Position numbers and translations under genes: made by a program
Source: an uncultured Spirochaetota bacterium
GTDB taxonomy: Bacteria; Spirochaetota; Spirochaetia; SZUA-6; Fen-1364
NCBI GenBank assembly: GCA_963745235.1
Contig: CAVUXE010000052.1
Coordinates: 64,001-128,000 of the forward strand
Length of the DNA stretch: 64,000 bases
Reading direction: 5' to 3'
The notes under the pieces: generated by a model
The model's database searches: none
Told to the model about the DNA's origin: nothing
The model's input: only the letters and a program-made list of their open reading frames with translations
In this document: positions 47,771 to 59,299 of the stretch, in pieces
Layout of the letters: the number at the start of each line of letters is the position of its first letter
How positions within the stretch are numbered: position 1 is the stretch's first letter

Positions 47771-49385
47771 ATGACGGAAGAGGAGCCCTCCCTTGTCCGC
47801 ACGGAAAACGGCTTTACGGCGGTCTGGAGGGGCCTGAATCTCTACCCCGCCTCTGATCCTGTTGAATACGCGCGCCGAAAGGCGCGCGTTTTTTCGTTCC
47901 CGCCTCGCACGCTCGTCTATGTGCCGTCCGTTGGCCTGGGATACGGCCTGGAGGACCTTCTCTCCCGTCTCCCGCCGACTTCGTCCGTTCTGTGCGTCGA
48001 AGCGCACCAGCCGCTCATGGCGCTCGCAATGGCGCGGGGCCTGCCTCGAGATGCCAGGCTGTTCATCCTTCGAGCGGACGACGAAAACGCGGTGACCCGC
48101 ACGGTGAGGGAAATCGGCGTGTCACGTTTTCGCAGGGTCGTTGAGGTCCCGCTGAGCGCGGGCTACCGGCTGGCTCCCGCGGTGTATGCCCGCATTCGTC
48201 GGGCGCTGGAAGGCCAGGTTCACGAGTACTGGAGGAACAGGCTCACGCTGATTGCGCTGGGCAGCCTCCAGGTGCGGAACGTGTTTGCAAACATCGCCCT
48301 GTTTCCCATGGCCGGAGATTTCGCGGCGCTTTCCACTTCCCTGCCGGTGATTGTTGCTGGTGCGGGACCTTCGCTGGAAGAAATGATCCCGACGCTGCAC
48401 GCCGTCAGGAAGGATTCTCTCCTGGTCGCGGTGGACACGGCGCTGCCACGGCTTGCCACGGAGTCCTTGTGGCCCGACCTGGTTGTTGCCCTCGAAGCGC
48501 AGGAGGCGAACCTTCGCGATTTCCTTCCTCCGCCACCGGCGGGAATGCTCCTGGCATGCGAGCTCTCCTCCCTCCCGTCGATTCCGCGTCTTTTTCGGGA
48601 CAGAGTGCGCTTCTTTTCCTCGGAGTTCGCGCCCCTGCAGCTTTTTGCCAGGATGGCGAGCGCGCGGCTTCTCCCCTGCCCTTTTCCAGCTCTCGGGTCG
48701 GTCGGCGTGGCGGCAGTAAACGCGGCTCTTCGTCTCACCAGCGGGGAAATCTTCCTCACGGGGCTGGATTTCAGCTATCCGCGCCTCCAGACCCATGCGC
48801 GGGGCACGCCGTACCATCTTTCAGCGCTGGCGGGGGCCTCCCGTCTGAGCGCTCCTGACGGCCCCTCTTTCCGCGCAATCTCCGCCAGGAGACGGAGGCT
48901 CGCCGAGGACAAGCACGGCAAGCGCGTTCTGACCGATTCCGTTCTGGAGTCCTACGGTGAAAGCCTGCGAAGAATTGTCGCTGGAGCCGGCGCCCGGGTG
49001 CTGGATGCAGGGTCCACGGGTCTTCCCCTGGGAGCCCCGCTCATCACCCCGAGTGAGCTGCAAGAGAGAGTGCGCGGCGCGGGAGGAAGAAGAGGCGCCC
49101 CTTGAACCAGGGTGTGCTCCTCTTTGCTCGCCGGAGTCAGTGCGCGCGTTCGTCCGGGCCGAGAGTGAGATCCTGCGCCACGGAGACGGTCTCCTTCGAG
49201 CTGCCATCAGCTCCGGGGCCGCCTCCGAGGAGTGCCTTTCGTTTCTCCGTGAAGCGGACTACACGTGGGTTCACTTCCCGGATGCGCCCGGGGATGGGAT
49301 GCCGGACCGAGGCTTTCTTGCCAGGGCACGGGCGGCGGCAGGCTACTACGCTGAGCGGCTTCGCAGGCTGGAATCACTCCTCTGA
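47771..49385 (+). CDS. MptE-like/Maf (DUF115) family protein (frameshift near 49085)
   Basis: 'IVAGAGPSL', 'AVDTA', 'GSV', 'LTGLDFSY...HARGT'. Confidence 0.8.
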
Positions 49386-51176
49386 GGTCTTGAGCACGGC
49401 GAGAAACGCGGACTGGGGCAGCTCCACGTCGCCCACCATCTTCATGCGCTTCTTTCCTTCCTTCTGCTTTTCCAGCAGCTTCCGCTTGCGGGTGATGTCC
49501 CCGCCATAGCACTTCGCCGTCACGTCCTTGCGGAAGGCGTTGACCGTCTCCCGCGCAATGATCTGGCTCCCGATTGCGCCCTGGATCGCGATCTTGAACT
49601 GGTGCCGGGGGATCACGTCCCGCAGGCGCTCGCAGACGCGGCGCGCGGTCTGATAGGCGTTTCCCCGAAACACGAGCTGCGCCAGGGCGTCCACCACTTT
49701 CCCGTTCAACATGATGTCCAGCTTGACCAGCTGCGTTTCGCGGAACCCGAGGATCTGGTAATCAAACGATGCGTAGCCCCTGCTGATGGACTTCAGCCTG
49801 TCATAGAAGTCGAACACGACTTCCGCGAGAGGCATTTCGAACACCAGCTCGATTCGCTTCTCGTCCAGGTAGGTCATGCTCTTCTGCACGCCGCGCTTCT
49901 CCAGACAGAGCGTGATGATGTTGCCCAGATACTGCGACGGGGTGATCATGGAGGCCGCGATGAACGGCTCCTCCGCCCGCTGGATCTGGGAGGGGTCCGG
50001 GAAGTTTGCCGGATTGTCAACCAGGGTTTCCTTCCCGCCCTGGAGCGTGATCCTGTACTGGACCGACGGGGCCGTGAAGACGACCGACATCTCGAACTCA
50101 CGCTCCAGCCTTTCCTGGACGATCTCCAGGTGGAGGAGCCCGAGAAACCCGCAGCGAAACCCGTAGCCCAGGGCCACGGAGGAATCCTTCTCGTAGACGA
50201 GGGATGCATCGTTGAGCTTGAGCTTCGCCATGGCCTCCACGAGCTCTTCGTAGTCGTTGGCGTCAACCGGATAGATGGAGGAAAAGACGACCGGCTTGAC
50301 CTCCCGAAAGCCGGCAAGCGGCGCGGCGCACGGCCTGTCGTTGTCCGTGACCGTGTCTCCGACCCGGGTATCCGCAACGGTCTTGATTCCGGCTATGAGG
50401 TAGCCGACCTCCCCCGGGCCAAGGGAAGGGGAAGGCACCAGGCTCAGGCGGAACAGGCCCGTTTCCTCCACCTTGTAGGCGGACGCGTTCCACCAGAAGC
50501 GGATGTTCATGCCTGGCCGCAGCGTGCCTTCATAAACGCGGACGTGCACAATGACCCCGCGATACACGTCGTAGTGCGAATCGAAAATCAGGGCCTTGAG
50601 CGGCTCGCTCGGGCTTCCCGCCGGAGCCGGCACGCGCCGGACAATGGCCTCGCACAGCTCATCCACGCCCGTCCCGAGCTTCCCGGAGACCAGGAGTGCG
50701 CCCTCCGGATCCAGGCCGAGATCGTGCTTGATCTGCTTCTTCACGCCCTCGATGTCCGCGCTGGGGAGATCGATCTTGTTGATAACGGGGATGATCTCCA
50801 GGTTGTGCTCCAGCGCCATGTACATGTTCGCCAGGGTCTGCGCCTCCACGCCCTGGCTCGCGTCTATGAGGAGGACCGCGCCCTCGCAGGCGGAGATGGA
50901 GCGGGAAACCTCGTAGGAAAAATCCACGTGCCCCGGGGTGTCCACCAGGTTCAGGACGTAATCCATGCCGTCCCTTGCCGTGTAGGGAATGGCGACAGCC
51001 TGGCTCTTGATCGTGATGCCGCGCTCCCGTTCGATGTCCATGTTGTCGAGGATCTGGTCATGGAAATCCCTGTCGGACACCAGACGGGCGCGCTGGATGA
51101 ACCTGTCCGCCAGGGTGGATTTTCCATGATCTATGTGGGCGATGATGCAGAAGTTCCTGATTCTTTGATTTTCCAC
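49374..51176 (-). CDS. lepA: Elongation factor 4 (LepA)
   Basis: 'IRNFCIIAHIDHGKSTLADR', 'ERERGITIK', 'KCYGGDITRKRKLLEKQKEGKKRMK'. Confidence 0.98.
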   Translation of the reverse strand: MENQRIRNFCIIAHIDHGKSTLADRFIQRARLVSDRDFHDQILDNMDIERERGITIKSQAVAIPYTARDGMDYVLNLVDTPGHVDFSYEVSRSISACEGAVLLIDASQGVEAQTLANMYMALEHNLEIIPVINKIDLPSADIEGVKKQIKHDLGLDPEGALLVSGKLGTGVDELCEAIVRRVPAPAGSPSEPLKALIFDSHYDVYRGVIVHVRVYEGTLRPGMNIRFWWNASAYKVEETGLFRLSLVPSPSLGPGEVGYLIAGIKTVADTRVGDTVTDNDRPCAAPLAGFREVKPVVFSSIYPVDANDYEELVEAMAKLKLNDASLVYEKDSSVALGYGFRCGFLGLLHLEIVQERLEREFEMSVVFTAPSVQYRITLQGGKETLVDNPANFPDPSQIQRAEEPFIAASMITPSQYLGNIITLCLEKRGVQKSMTYLDEKRIELVFEMPLAEVVFDFYDRLKSISRGYASFDYQILGFRETQLVKLDIMLNGKVVDALAQLVFRGNAYQTARRVCERLRDVIPRHQFKIAIQGAIGSQIIARETVNAFRKDVTAKCYGGDITRKRKLLEKQKEGKKRMKMVGDVELPQSAFLAVLKTSEE

Positions 51177-51216
51177 TGCTGGCGCAGTATAGACAAAGCA
51201 CCGTCTTGGTTCAATT

Positions 51217-51281
51217 GGAACGCGGGTCCGGAACGCGGGTCCAGGAACGGAAGTCCAGAACGGAGAGAACGGAGGTCCAGG
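51217..51281 (+). repeat. Degenerate 13-14 bp tandem repeats between divergent promoters
   Basis: GGAACGCGGGTCC GGAACGCGGGTCCA GGAACGGAAGTCCA GAACGGAGA GAACGGAGGTCCA. Confidence 0.75.
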
Positions 51282-51310
51282 CTTGACAGGGTGGGACCCC
51301 GCCCATAGGC

Positions 51311-52213
51311 TTGAACCCCGTGGGCACCAGCGCGAGTCCGGGAATAATGGTCGTCGACGATGAAGAGGCCTTGAGGTCTCTGCTCATTCGCCTGCTTGAG
51401 AAAGAGGGTTTCGAGTCCTTCCCGGCCAACGACGGGGAAGAAGCCATCAGGCTCTTTCGGGAGAGGTCCCCCCTCGTCGTCGTTTCTGACATCAGGATGC
51501 CGAGAATGGACGGGCTCACCATGCTCACGGAGATCCGCAAAATGGACCGCAGCGCGGCGGTCATCCTGATGACGGGCCAGGGAAACGAGGAGATCCTTCT
51601 CTCGGCCCTCCGTGGGGGTGCCACCAACTTCTTCAAGAAGCCGTTCAGCAGCAGGGAGCTGATCGATGAGATCCGCAGGATTGTCGGTTTCCGGCTCGAA
51701 GCCGCCAGGTCCAGCCTGTTCTCCCCCTATCTCACGGCAGAGACGAAGTCATTCGTGCTGCCCCCGCTCGTCTCCAGCTATTATCCCATCATCAACCAGG
51801 TGACGCTGCAGCTCCCCTGCCTGGTGCCGCCGGAGGAGATTCTGAACCTGAAGATCGGCATTGAGGAGATGATCACGAACGCCGTTGAGCACGGCAACCT
51901 GGGCATCAGCTTCGACGAAAAGTCGGCCGCAATCCGGGAGGGCCGGCTTGCAGAGCTCGTTGCGGAGCGCACCGCGCAGAGCGAGCGAGCCGGGCGCAGG
52001 GTCTTCATCACCTCACGGCTTCGCCCGGATGCCTTTGAGATCACAATCCGCGACGAGGGCACAGGATTCGACTGGAGGGGGTTGCCGGAGGTTGCCCCGG
52101 AGAACCTCCTGGCGTTCAGCGGCCGGGGGATATTCCTCACCAAGATCTATTTCGACGAGGTGGAGTACAACGAAACAGGCAACCAGGTCACGCTCCGCAA
52201 GAACGCCCGGTGA
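51311..52213 (+). CDS. Response regulator: REC + RsbW-like HATPase domain (start may be GTG 51320)
   Basis: REC 'VVDDE', 'SDIRMP', 'KP'; 'EMITNAVEHGN', 'DEGTGFD', 'GRGI'; promoter TTGACA-N17-TAGGCT. Confidence 0.85.
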   Translation: MNPVGTSASPGIMVVDDEEALRSLLIRLLEKEGFESFPANDGEEAIRLFRERSPLVVVSDIRMPRMDGLTMLTEIRKMDRSAAVILMTGQGNEEILLSALRGGATNFFKKPFSSRELIDEIRRIVGFRLEAARSSLFSPYLTAETKSFVLPPLVSSYYPIINQVTLQLPCLVPPEEILNLKIGIEEMITNAVEHGNLGISFDEKSAAIREGRLAELVAERTAQSERAGRRVFITSRLRPDAFEITIRDEGTGFDWRGLPEVAPENLLAFSGRGIFLTKIYFDEVEYNETGNQVTLRKNAR

Positions 52214-52237
52214 CCGCGATGGCCGGGCCGGATGGCC

Positions 52238-54022
52238 TCACACGAAGTTGTCGGTCTCGAGGTCCGTGGCAATCTGGACAGCACTCTCGATGAAGCCCGC
52301 CTTGCGTTTCTTGATGACGAGCAGGAGCGCTGCAAACCCCTTGTCGCTGTCCACCTTCCAGTCCTGGATGGACAGGGGGTCATTTTCCGAGAGCCCCGAC
52401 TGGTCTGCAACCGAGCCCCGCGTAACGCGCGTGACGATATAGTCGTTGCTCCAGAAGAACGATCCCACCTTCTGCAGCTTCATGCCAAACAGGGGATACA
52501 GGACGTTGTCACGGGTGTCCCGCTGGAGGGCCACCTCAATGGGCCGCTCGGGTCGGTTGGAGAGGCACAGGATGGCGTCCATGGTGCGCGTTCCGCGGCG
52601 CACGGTGATTTTCACGAGAGCCGGCACGGCATGGGAAAGCATGGCTTCCTGCACGTCCTGGATCTTCGTGTAGCTCGTTCCGTCCACTGACTCCAGGATG
52701 TCTCCCGAGAGGATTCCCGCCAGCGCGGCGGGCTCATCAGGAACGGTGTACACGACCTCCAGCCCCTGGTTCGTTTCAGCAAGAGCCATGCCGAGCCACG
52801 GGTGAGCAACCTCGCCTGGCTTGTAGAGGGCCGGGAGAATCTTCTCTATCCAATGGTAGGGGACGGCAAAGTTCAACCCCTGGAACTGCTCCAGCCCCGC
52901 GAACCCCACCCCAATGAGGTCCCCCTTGTCGTTCAACATGGGCCCGCCGCTGTTGCCGGGGTTCAGGGGGACGTCCACCTGCATGATATCTCCCATCTGG
53001 AGAAGGTGACGGCCCATTGCGGACACAATGCCCGAGGTAATTGTCTTCTCCAGCCCCGCGGGAGAGCCGATGGCGAATATCCGGTCTCCCGGCAATACCT
53101 GCTCTCCGCCGTAACCCCCGAAGGTGAAGGAGGAATTGATCTCAGTCTTGATGAGCGCGAGATCGAAAGTCGGGTCATACCCGATGACCTTGGCCGGTAT
53201 CCGCTCCCCCGCCGGGCTTTCGGACAGCCGGATGTACAGGCGCGAATAGCCCTTGTCCTTGGGATCCACCTCGCTCTTGATGACGTGGTGGTTGGTCAGA
53301 ATGTATCCTCTGCGGTCGATGAAGAACCCGCTGCCGATGATCTGATCGGGATAGCCGACGCCGTTCTGCACCTTGATTCCCCGGTCCACCAGGATGGTGA
53401 CGGTTCCGGTCAGCATCTGGGGGAAGGACGGCGCCGCATCCGCCTCCGCGACGGCCGCGGGCGGAATGGCAAAGCCCTTCTCTTTCATCTTCCCCAATAT
53501 GAACCGCTCCACGGCCCTGTTGCCCACGCGCCGGGCGGATTCAAGGGCGGCATTCAAGTCCGCTTCCGAAGGGTCAGGAAGGGAGATGGAGCGCTGCCGG
53601 CTCATGAGGGAAAGCACATCGTTTCCGTCCGCCTGCTCTGCCGAGGCGAGCTGGTCAAGGAGGGCTCTCTCCGTCCAATTCCCCGTCAAGGTGGTTTTCC
53701 CCAACGCTGTGGCCGAATCGAGGAGGCGCAACGCATCCTCGTACTTCTTGTCGTTGATGGCTTTCGTGAAGGAAGCGGACAGGGCGTCAAGGGCCTTGGA
53801 CTCCAGGGAATCCAGGTCAGCGGCTGACACCTCTCCCGGCTTCTCGCGCCGCAGCCAGGAGATTTCCTGCAGCGCCTGAAGGAAGGAGCCGGAGGAAATG
53901 CTGTCCTGCATTTCCTTGACCCGCACGGCGGGAAGTGGAGGAGCCGGAGGCGCAGGAGGCGTGGAGGCGCAGGAGACGAGGAGCAGCGCGGAAAGGGCAA
54001 CGATCAGAGAAAATGACTTCAC
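52238..54022 (-). CDS. HtrA/S1C-family serine protease lipoprotein with PDZ domain
   Basis: Lipobox 'LVSC'; 'GSGFF', 'LTNHHV', 'DLAL', 'NPGNSGGP'; PDZ-like C-terminus. Confidence 0.9.
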   Translation of the reverse strand: MKSFSLIVALSALLLVSCASTPPAPPAPPLPAVRVKEMQDSISSGSFLQALQEISWLRREKPGEVSAADLDSLESKALDALSASFTKAINDKKYEDALRLLDSATALGKTTLTGNWTERALLDQLASAEQADGNDVLSLMSRQRSISLPDPSEADLNAALESARRVGNRAVERFILGKMKEKGFAIPPAAVAEADAAPSFPQMLTGTVTILVDRGIKVQNGVGYPDQIIGSGFFIDRRGYILTNHHVIKSEVDPKDKGYSRLYIRLSESPAGERIPAKVIGYDPTFDLALIKTEINSSFTFGGYGGEQVLPGDRIFAIGSPAGLEKTITSGIVSAMGRHLLQMGDIMQVDVPLNPGNSGGPMLNDKGDLIGVGFAGLEQFQGLNFAVPYHWIEKILPALYKPGEVAHPWLGMALAETNQGLEVVYTVPDEPAALAGILSGDILESVDGTSYTKIQDVQEAMLSHAVPALVKITVRRGTRTMDAILCLSNRPERPIEVALQRDTRDNVLYPLFGMKLQKVGSFFWSNDYIVTRVTRGSVADQSGLSENDPLSIQDWKVDSDKGFAALLLVIKKRKAGFIESAVQIATDLETDNFV

Positions 54023-55938
54023 GGCAGCTCCTCCATGTATGTGACGCCCTCCTGGCGGAAGACGAGGTACCGGCTCCCGCTGATGGTGCGGTACCCTTCC
54101 GCGCTGCCGGCGTCAACCGGGACGCTTGCGGGGGCAGGCGGACCAATCCAGACCACTCCGCGGGCGGCGTCATGCGTCACCGCGACGGCGTGACCGCGGA
54201 TCGTGGCGCGAACCAGGTCTCCCTTCTTCCACACGTAGCTGACATCGAAGACGCCGTTTCTGCCCGTGGAGAAGTCCCTCACAACCGTGTCCGGCCCAGC
54301 GGGGTACTCCCGGGCGTCGTCAACTCCGTCCTCGTCGTAGTCCCAGGACTTCATCGGGCTCGGCAGGTACCTCTCACGATAATCTACTTTGCCGTCCCCG
54401 TTGGTGTCCACAGCAATCCCCGCAAGCCTGCCATCCCGCCACGTTTCGCTGACGGAGAATCTGCCTGATCCGTCCAGGTCGCGCTCTCCGCGAACCGGCT
54501 GGCCGTTCTCGTACCAGACAAGGTGGTCAAAAGCGCCGATCCCTGCCTGGGTCTTTTCTTCCATGAAGACTGGTTTGCCCCGCAGGAGATCGGTCCTCCG
54601 CGTGACTCCTCCCTCCGGATCGAGATCTTCGACGATATAGGAGGATCTGAGGATCTGGTCGACGGATGGGCTTCCCGGCTGTTCGAGTTGCGAGGGGAGC
54701 CAGTCCGGCGGGAACGGGGAGCGTCTGGCTCGCGAGAAAGGGGAACTTCATTTCGTAAGGAACAAGCAGGAAAGTGCGCGCCGTCTCGCCCCCGGGGGTG
54801 CTCAGTTTTGCAGAGTCGACGAACGGATAGGTGTTGTAGCTCAGGGTGAGAATCGTATCCGCGCCCGTGCGGACGGTCAAGGAGACCGGCATTCCCCCCT
54901 TGAACCCTGCGGTGTATTCCGGCAACCCATCTTTGTGCGTATCCCGCACCCATGAGACAAGGGATCCTCCGTCGAATACCCACCGCTCCTGATAGTAGCC
55001 GTCGCCTTGAGGATCCAGATCTCGGTTTCCGCTGAAGCGCGAAAGAGCGGACCTGAATGCGGCGGTCAGGCCTCTCCCTGCCCGGACAGCGGCCGCTACC
55101 CTCTCCACCAGGTCCTCCCGGGAGAGTCCCCCGTTGTCGATGAACTGCGACAGGTATTTCTGCGGGTTCCCAGCGTGCGGCCTCCAGGGCAAGGACAGCC
55201 GCAAGCGGATCCTTGCCTCCCCTTCCCGCATAGCGGTCCACCGCGGCCACCCTTGCGGCGGGGCCCGGCTCCAGCTCCGCCGCGCGCAGAAGGAGGGCAA
55301 GGCTCCCCGGATGCACATCGAGCTGGGTCGCGATGAGCTGACGAGCCGCGGACCTCCTCCCTTCACGCTCAAGCGCCCCCGCAGCAATGAGCGCGAACCG
55401 GTCTTCAAGCGGGAACCTGGCCTCTGCATCTGTAAGGAGGCGCCGCAACGCGCCGGTGTTGCCATCTCTTTCGTACACCATGGCAAGAAGCAGCGGCGCT
55501 TCCGGATCCGACGGGTCTTGCGCCGCAAGGGGCACCAGCAAATCCTGCGCCTCGGGGAGCCTGCCCATGCGAAGGAGAAGTCCAGCCAGGGCCTTCCGCG
55601 CGGCGGAGGGATCAGTCAGGGTCCACGATCCGCCGGCAATCGCCCGGCGCAAATCATCCATCGCTCCCAGCGTTCTGGCGCGGTCCGTCAGCTCCAGCTC
55701 GAGCGCGGAGGTAAAGCGCCTCCGAATAGTCAGGTGCAAGCTGGAGTGCCGCGGCAACGAGATCAGAGGCATCTGACTGTGCGCCTGCGGCGAGCGATGA
55801 GCGCGCCTGGACCAGGAAGGCATCCGCCTGCGCGCGCGCCGCATCGACGCCCACCGGTTGCGCAGCCGCGCGGGTCGGTCGACCGGAGGCGAGAATTGCG
55901 AAGAGCAGGAGGAAAGCGACGGCAGGGTTCTTCTTCAC
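54019..55938 (-). CDS. Secreted TPR-containing hypothetical protein (several frameshifts)
   Basis: Signal peptide at 55938, TPR-like N-terminal half and DxDxDG-type repeats, spread over four overlapping - strand ORFs. Confidence 0.65.
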
Positions 55939-55970
55939 TCTACCCTGAATATCGGCGCGGGCCGACCGTT

Positions 55971-57889
55971 CTATCGAGGGCCGACGGAAGCAGGGATCAC
56001 CGGCGTTGTGTCGACATCGTATTCCCGCTTCCTCGGGGGAAACCCAAGGAGGGTGCGGATCTCATCATCGTCCAGATTTTCCTTCACGAGGAGCGTGTCG
56101 CTGAGCAGCTTGAGCTTGTCCTTCTGCTCCGTGAGGATCCGAAGGGCGTCGGAAAGGGAGGCCTCGACGATCTTCTTGATCTCGTCATCGATGGCGCGAG
56201 CGGTCTCCTCAGAGTAGTCCTTGTGGCGCGCAATCTCCTTGCCGAGGAAGATGGGCTCCTCCTTCTGTCCATACGCGATGGGCCCCAGCACGTCGCTCAT
56301 CCCCCATTCGCAGACCATCCTCCGGGCAATCTCCGTAGCCTGCTCCAGGTCGTTCGCGGCTCCCGTGGTGGTCTCGTTATAGAAGATTTTTTCCGCGGCG
56401 TAGCCGCCCATCGCGATGGTGATGCGGTCCTCCAGCCATCCCTTGTTGCGCGAATACGTGTCGTTCTCCGGCAGAGAGAAGGCGACCCCAAGCGCCCGGC
56501 CGTGAGGGATGATGGTAATCTTGTGCAGAGGATCCGCGTTCTTCAGGAAATAGTGGAGCAGCCCGTGGCCTGCCTCGTGGCAAGCGACCATCTGCTTTTC
56601 CTTGGGGGGGATGACCTTGGACTTGCGGGCAACTCCCATGAGCGTCTTGTCCCGGGCCTCCTCGAAGTCATCCATGTCCACGGCGTCCTTGCCCTTGCGG
56701 CCGGCAAACAGGGCCGCCTCGTTCACGAGGTTGGCAAGATCCGCCCCGGAAGACCCGGGAGTTGCGCGCGCCAGCCGGGCAGAGCTCCACGTTTGCGGCA
56801 AGCGGAAGCTTGCGGGCGTGAAGCCTCAGGATCAGCTCCCGCTCTTTCACATCCGGCATGTCGACCACGACCTGCCTGTCGAAGCGGCCGGGCCGAAGGA
56901 GCGCAGGGTCAAGGACGTCCGGCCTGTTGGTGGCCGCCAGGATGATCACACCGTCCTTGGTGTCGAAGCCGTCCATCTCCACCAGCATCTGGTTGAGGGT
57001 CTGTTCCCGCTCATCATGACCGCCGCCGTAGCCGGCGCCTCGGGTGCGGCCCACGGCGTCCAGCTCGTCAATGAAAAGGATGCACGGCGCATGGCGCCTG
57101 CCCTGCTCGAAAAGGTCACGCACCCTGCTTGCGCCCACGCCGACGAACATTTCAACGAAGTCAGAACCGGACATGTGGAAGAAAGCAACGTTGGCTTCTC
57201 CCGCAATGGCCTTTGCGAGGAGGGTCTTCCCCGTGCCCGGGCATGCCGACCAGGAGGACTCCCTTCGGGATCTTCGCCCCGAGGCGGGAGAACTTCTGCG
57301 GGCTCTTGAGAAACTCCACCACTTCCTGCAGCTCGTACTTGGCTTCATCCTGCCCCGCGACGTCCGTGAAGGTGATCCGCTTCGACCCTTCCAGGTAGCG
57401 CTTGGCCCTGCTTTTGCCGAATGAGAACGCCTTGTTCCCATTCCCCTGCACCTGGCGGAACATGAACCATATGAAGAAGAAACCGATCACCCAGGGAAGG
57501 AACTGGATCAGGACCGCGAGCGGTGATACGGCCTTTGCCCCTCCGGAAACCTTCACGCCCTTGTCCTTGAGCGTCTTCATCAGGTCGTTGTCCGGGTAGG
57601 GAATGGTGGTCTTGAAGAAGTTCGTCTCACCTGACTTCGACTTGAAGGTCCCCTGGATCTCGTACTGGTCAATGATCTTCACCGAGTCTACCTGTCCCTC
57701 GTCGAGATAGGTCTGAAAGGCGGAATAGGACAGCTCCTGGGAGAGGGTCCTGTCGTTGTACACGAAGAAGAAGATGAAGAACGAGACCAGGATCAGCAGG
57801 GAAATAAGGGCGATGCGGTTGTTGAAGTTGAACCGCGGGATCCGAGGATCCGGTCCCTTGTCGTCTCTGTTGTCGTTATTGTTGCTCAC
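55971..57889 (-). CDS. ftsH: ATP-dependent zinc metalloprotease FtsH (frameshifts near 57240 and 56780)
   Basis: Two TMs, '[11 protein letters not shown]', 'FIDELDAVG', '[10 protein letters not shown]', 'HEAGH'. Confidence 0.95.
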
Positions 57890-59299
57890 GTCCCTCTTCC
57901 ATGTTCCCTGCTTGCTCGTACAACGATGCGATCCGCGTCCCCGCCGCCGGGAACCAGAGCGCCCCACCGCGTCCGGCTCGGGTATCCGAGCGCGCGCCCC
58001 AGGACAGCCACCACCCCCTTCCTGTCAGCCAGGATGGGGACTTGTTGCCTGTGTCCCACGGAAACCTTCCACCCGGCAAACAGCTCTTTCAGAGGTGTTG
58101 CACCGTGTTCAAGAAGAATTTCGTCTCCTCTTCTCCTTGACCTGAGGACGAGCGGCGGCTCGATATCCCGCGCCAGCAACGCGGTTTCTTCTGCCGCTGG
58201 ACTCCTTTTTCCACTGCACCGGGCAAACTTCACGCGCACACCGATTCCCGGTACGCTGAAGCTTCCGGTTTCGGAGACTTCTATAAAATAGCTCTTTTTG
58301 CCGGGCCTGACAATATGGCGTTCCCAGGAAAGGCTTCCGGAGCGCACAACAAGCTGAACACCGTGTCCTCGGACAACCGTCCCCGCCGTCGCGGGCAGGC
58401 TCCGCCCAAGGGCGGGCGCGATAAATCGCCACGGAAGCCTTCGCGGGGAAGACGGCGCTCTCAGCAAATCGTACATTCTCATGAGCTCGGCAGCCCGTAC
58501 CGCTGGGGCGGATGCAAAGAACGCCCCCCGGGGGATGGAAAACCCCTCGGGAGTGCTTGTCCAGCCCATTCGCTTGCCTTCCTCGCGCAGCAGTTGAGCT
58601 ACCAGGGGCGCCTTGCGTGAGAAGCCGAGGATGCCCGAGCGGGAGCCTGGAAACTCCTTTGCCAGCAGCGGCAGAAGAACATGGCGAACGCGGTTTCGAA
58701 GGATTGCGAGGTCCTGGTTTGTCTCGTCCTCCCGCCATCCCTGCTCGAGGGACCTCAGGTATTCGATGATCTCCATCCGCGTGCATCCAAGCAAGGGGCG
58801 TATGAGCCGTCCCCTCACCATCGCCATCCCGGCCAATCCGGCGACATCAGAACCCTGGAGGAATCGCATCAGAATGGTTTCAAGCAGGTCGTCCTGCGTG
58901 TGGCCGAGGGCAATCCAATCGAGGCCGAGCCGGGACGACGTGTCCAGCAGGAGCCTGTGACGCTCCTCTCTGGCAATCTCCTCGAGACTCCGTGACTCGT
59001 CCCTGGCCCTCTGCCTGCAGTGCCCGGAGGCAACCCGGGCAAATGGTCAGGGGAATTCGCAAAGACTCACAGAGCGACCCCGCGAAAGCGATGTCTGCTT
59101 CGACCTCGGAGGCAGCGCGTATGCCGTGATCCACGATGCATGCGTGCAGCGTCATGCCCCACTCAGCCTGTATCGATGCAAGAAACCGCAGCATGGCGGT
59201 CGAGTCCGGTCCGCCTGAAAGACCGATCACCAGGGAGGCTCCGCTTGAAACTCCACAGTCACGAAGAGCATCCCGCGCGCGTGCTTCCAAGAGCGTCAT
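57886..59299 (-). CDS. tilS: tRNA(Ile)-lysidine synthetase (frameshifts about 58950-59045)
   Basis: 'SGGPDS', 'VDHGIR', 'IRPLL', 'EDETN..RNRVR'; position between pth and ftsH. Confidence 0.9.

Noticed and set aside
51217-51281. Possible CRISPR array
   Set aside because: Units are 13-14 bp, abutting and without spacers; no cas genes and no CRISPR-like array seen anywhere in the window
49602-51308. Long antisense ORFs (e.g. 49602-51308, 55134-56945, 3075-4292, 13535-14749)
   Set aside because: Shadows of well-supported genes on the opposite strand, expected in high-GC DNA; no motifs or start signals
55940-55975. sigma28-like -10 GCCGATAT upstream of the 55938 gene (similar GGCGATAT near 16060)
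   Set aside because: No convincing TAAA -35 element at the right spacing; may be chance
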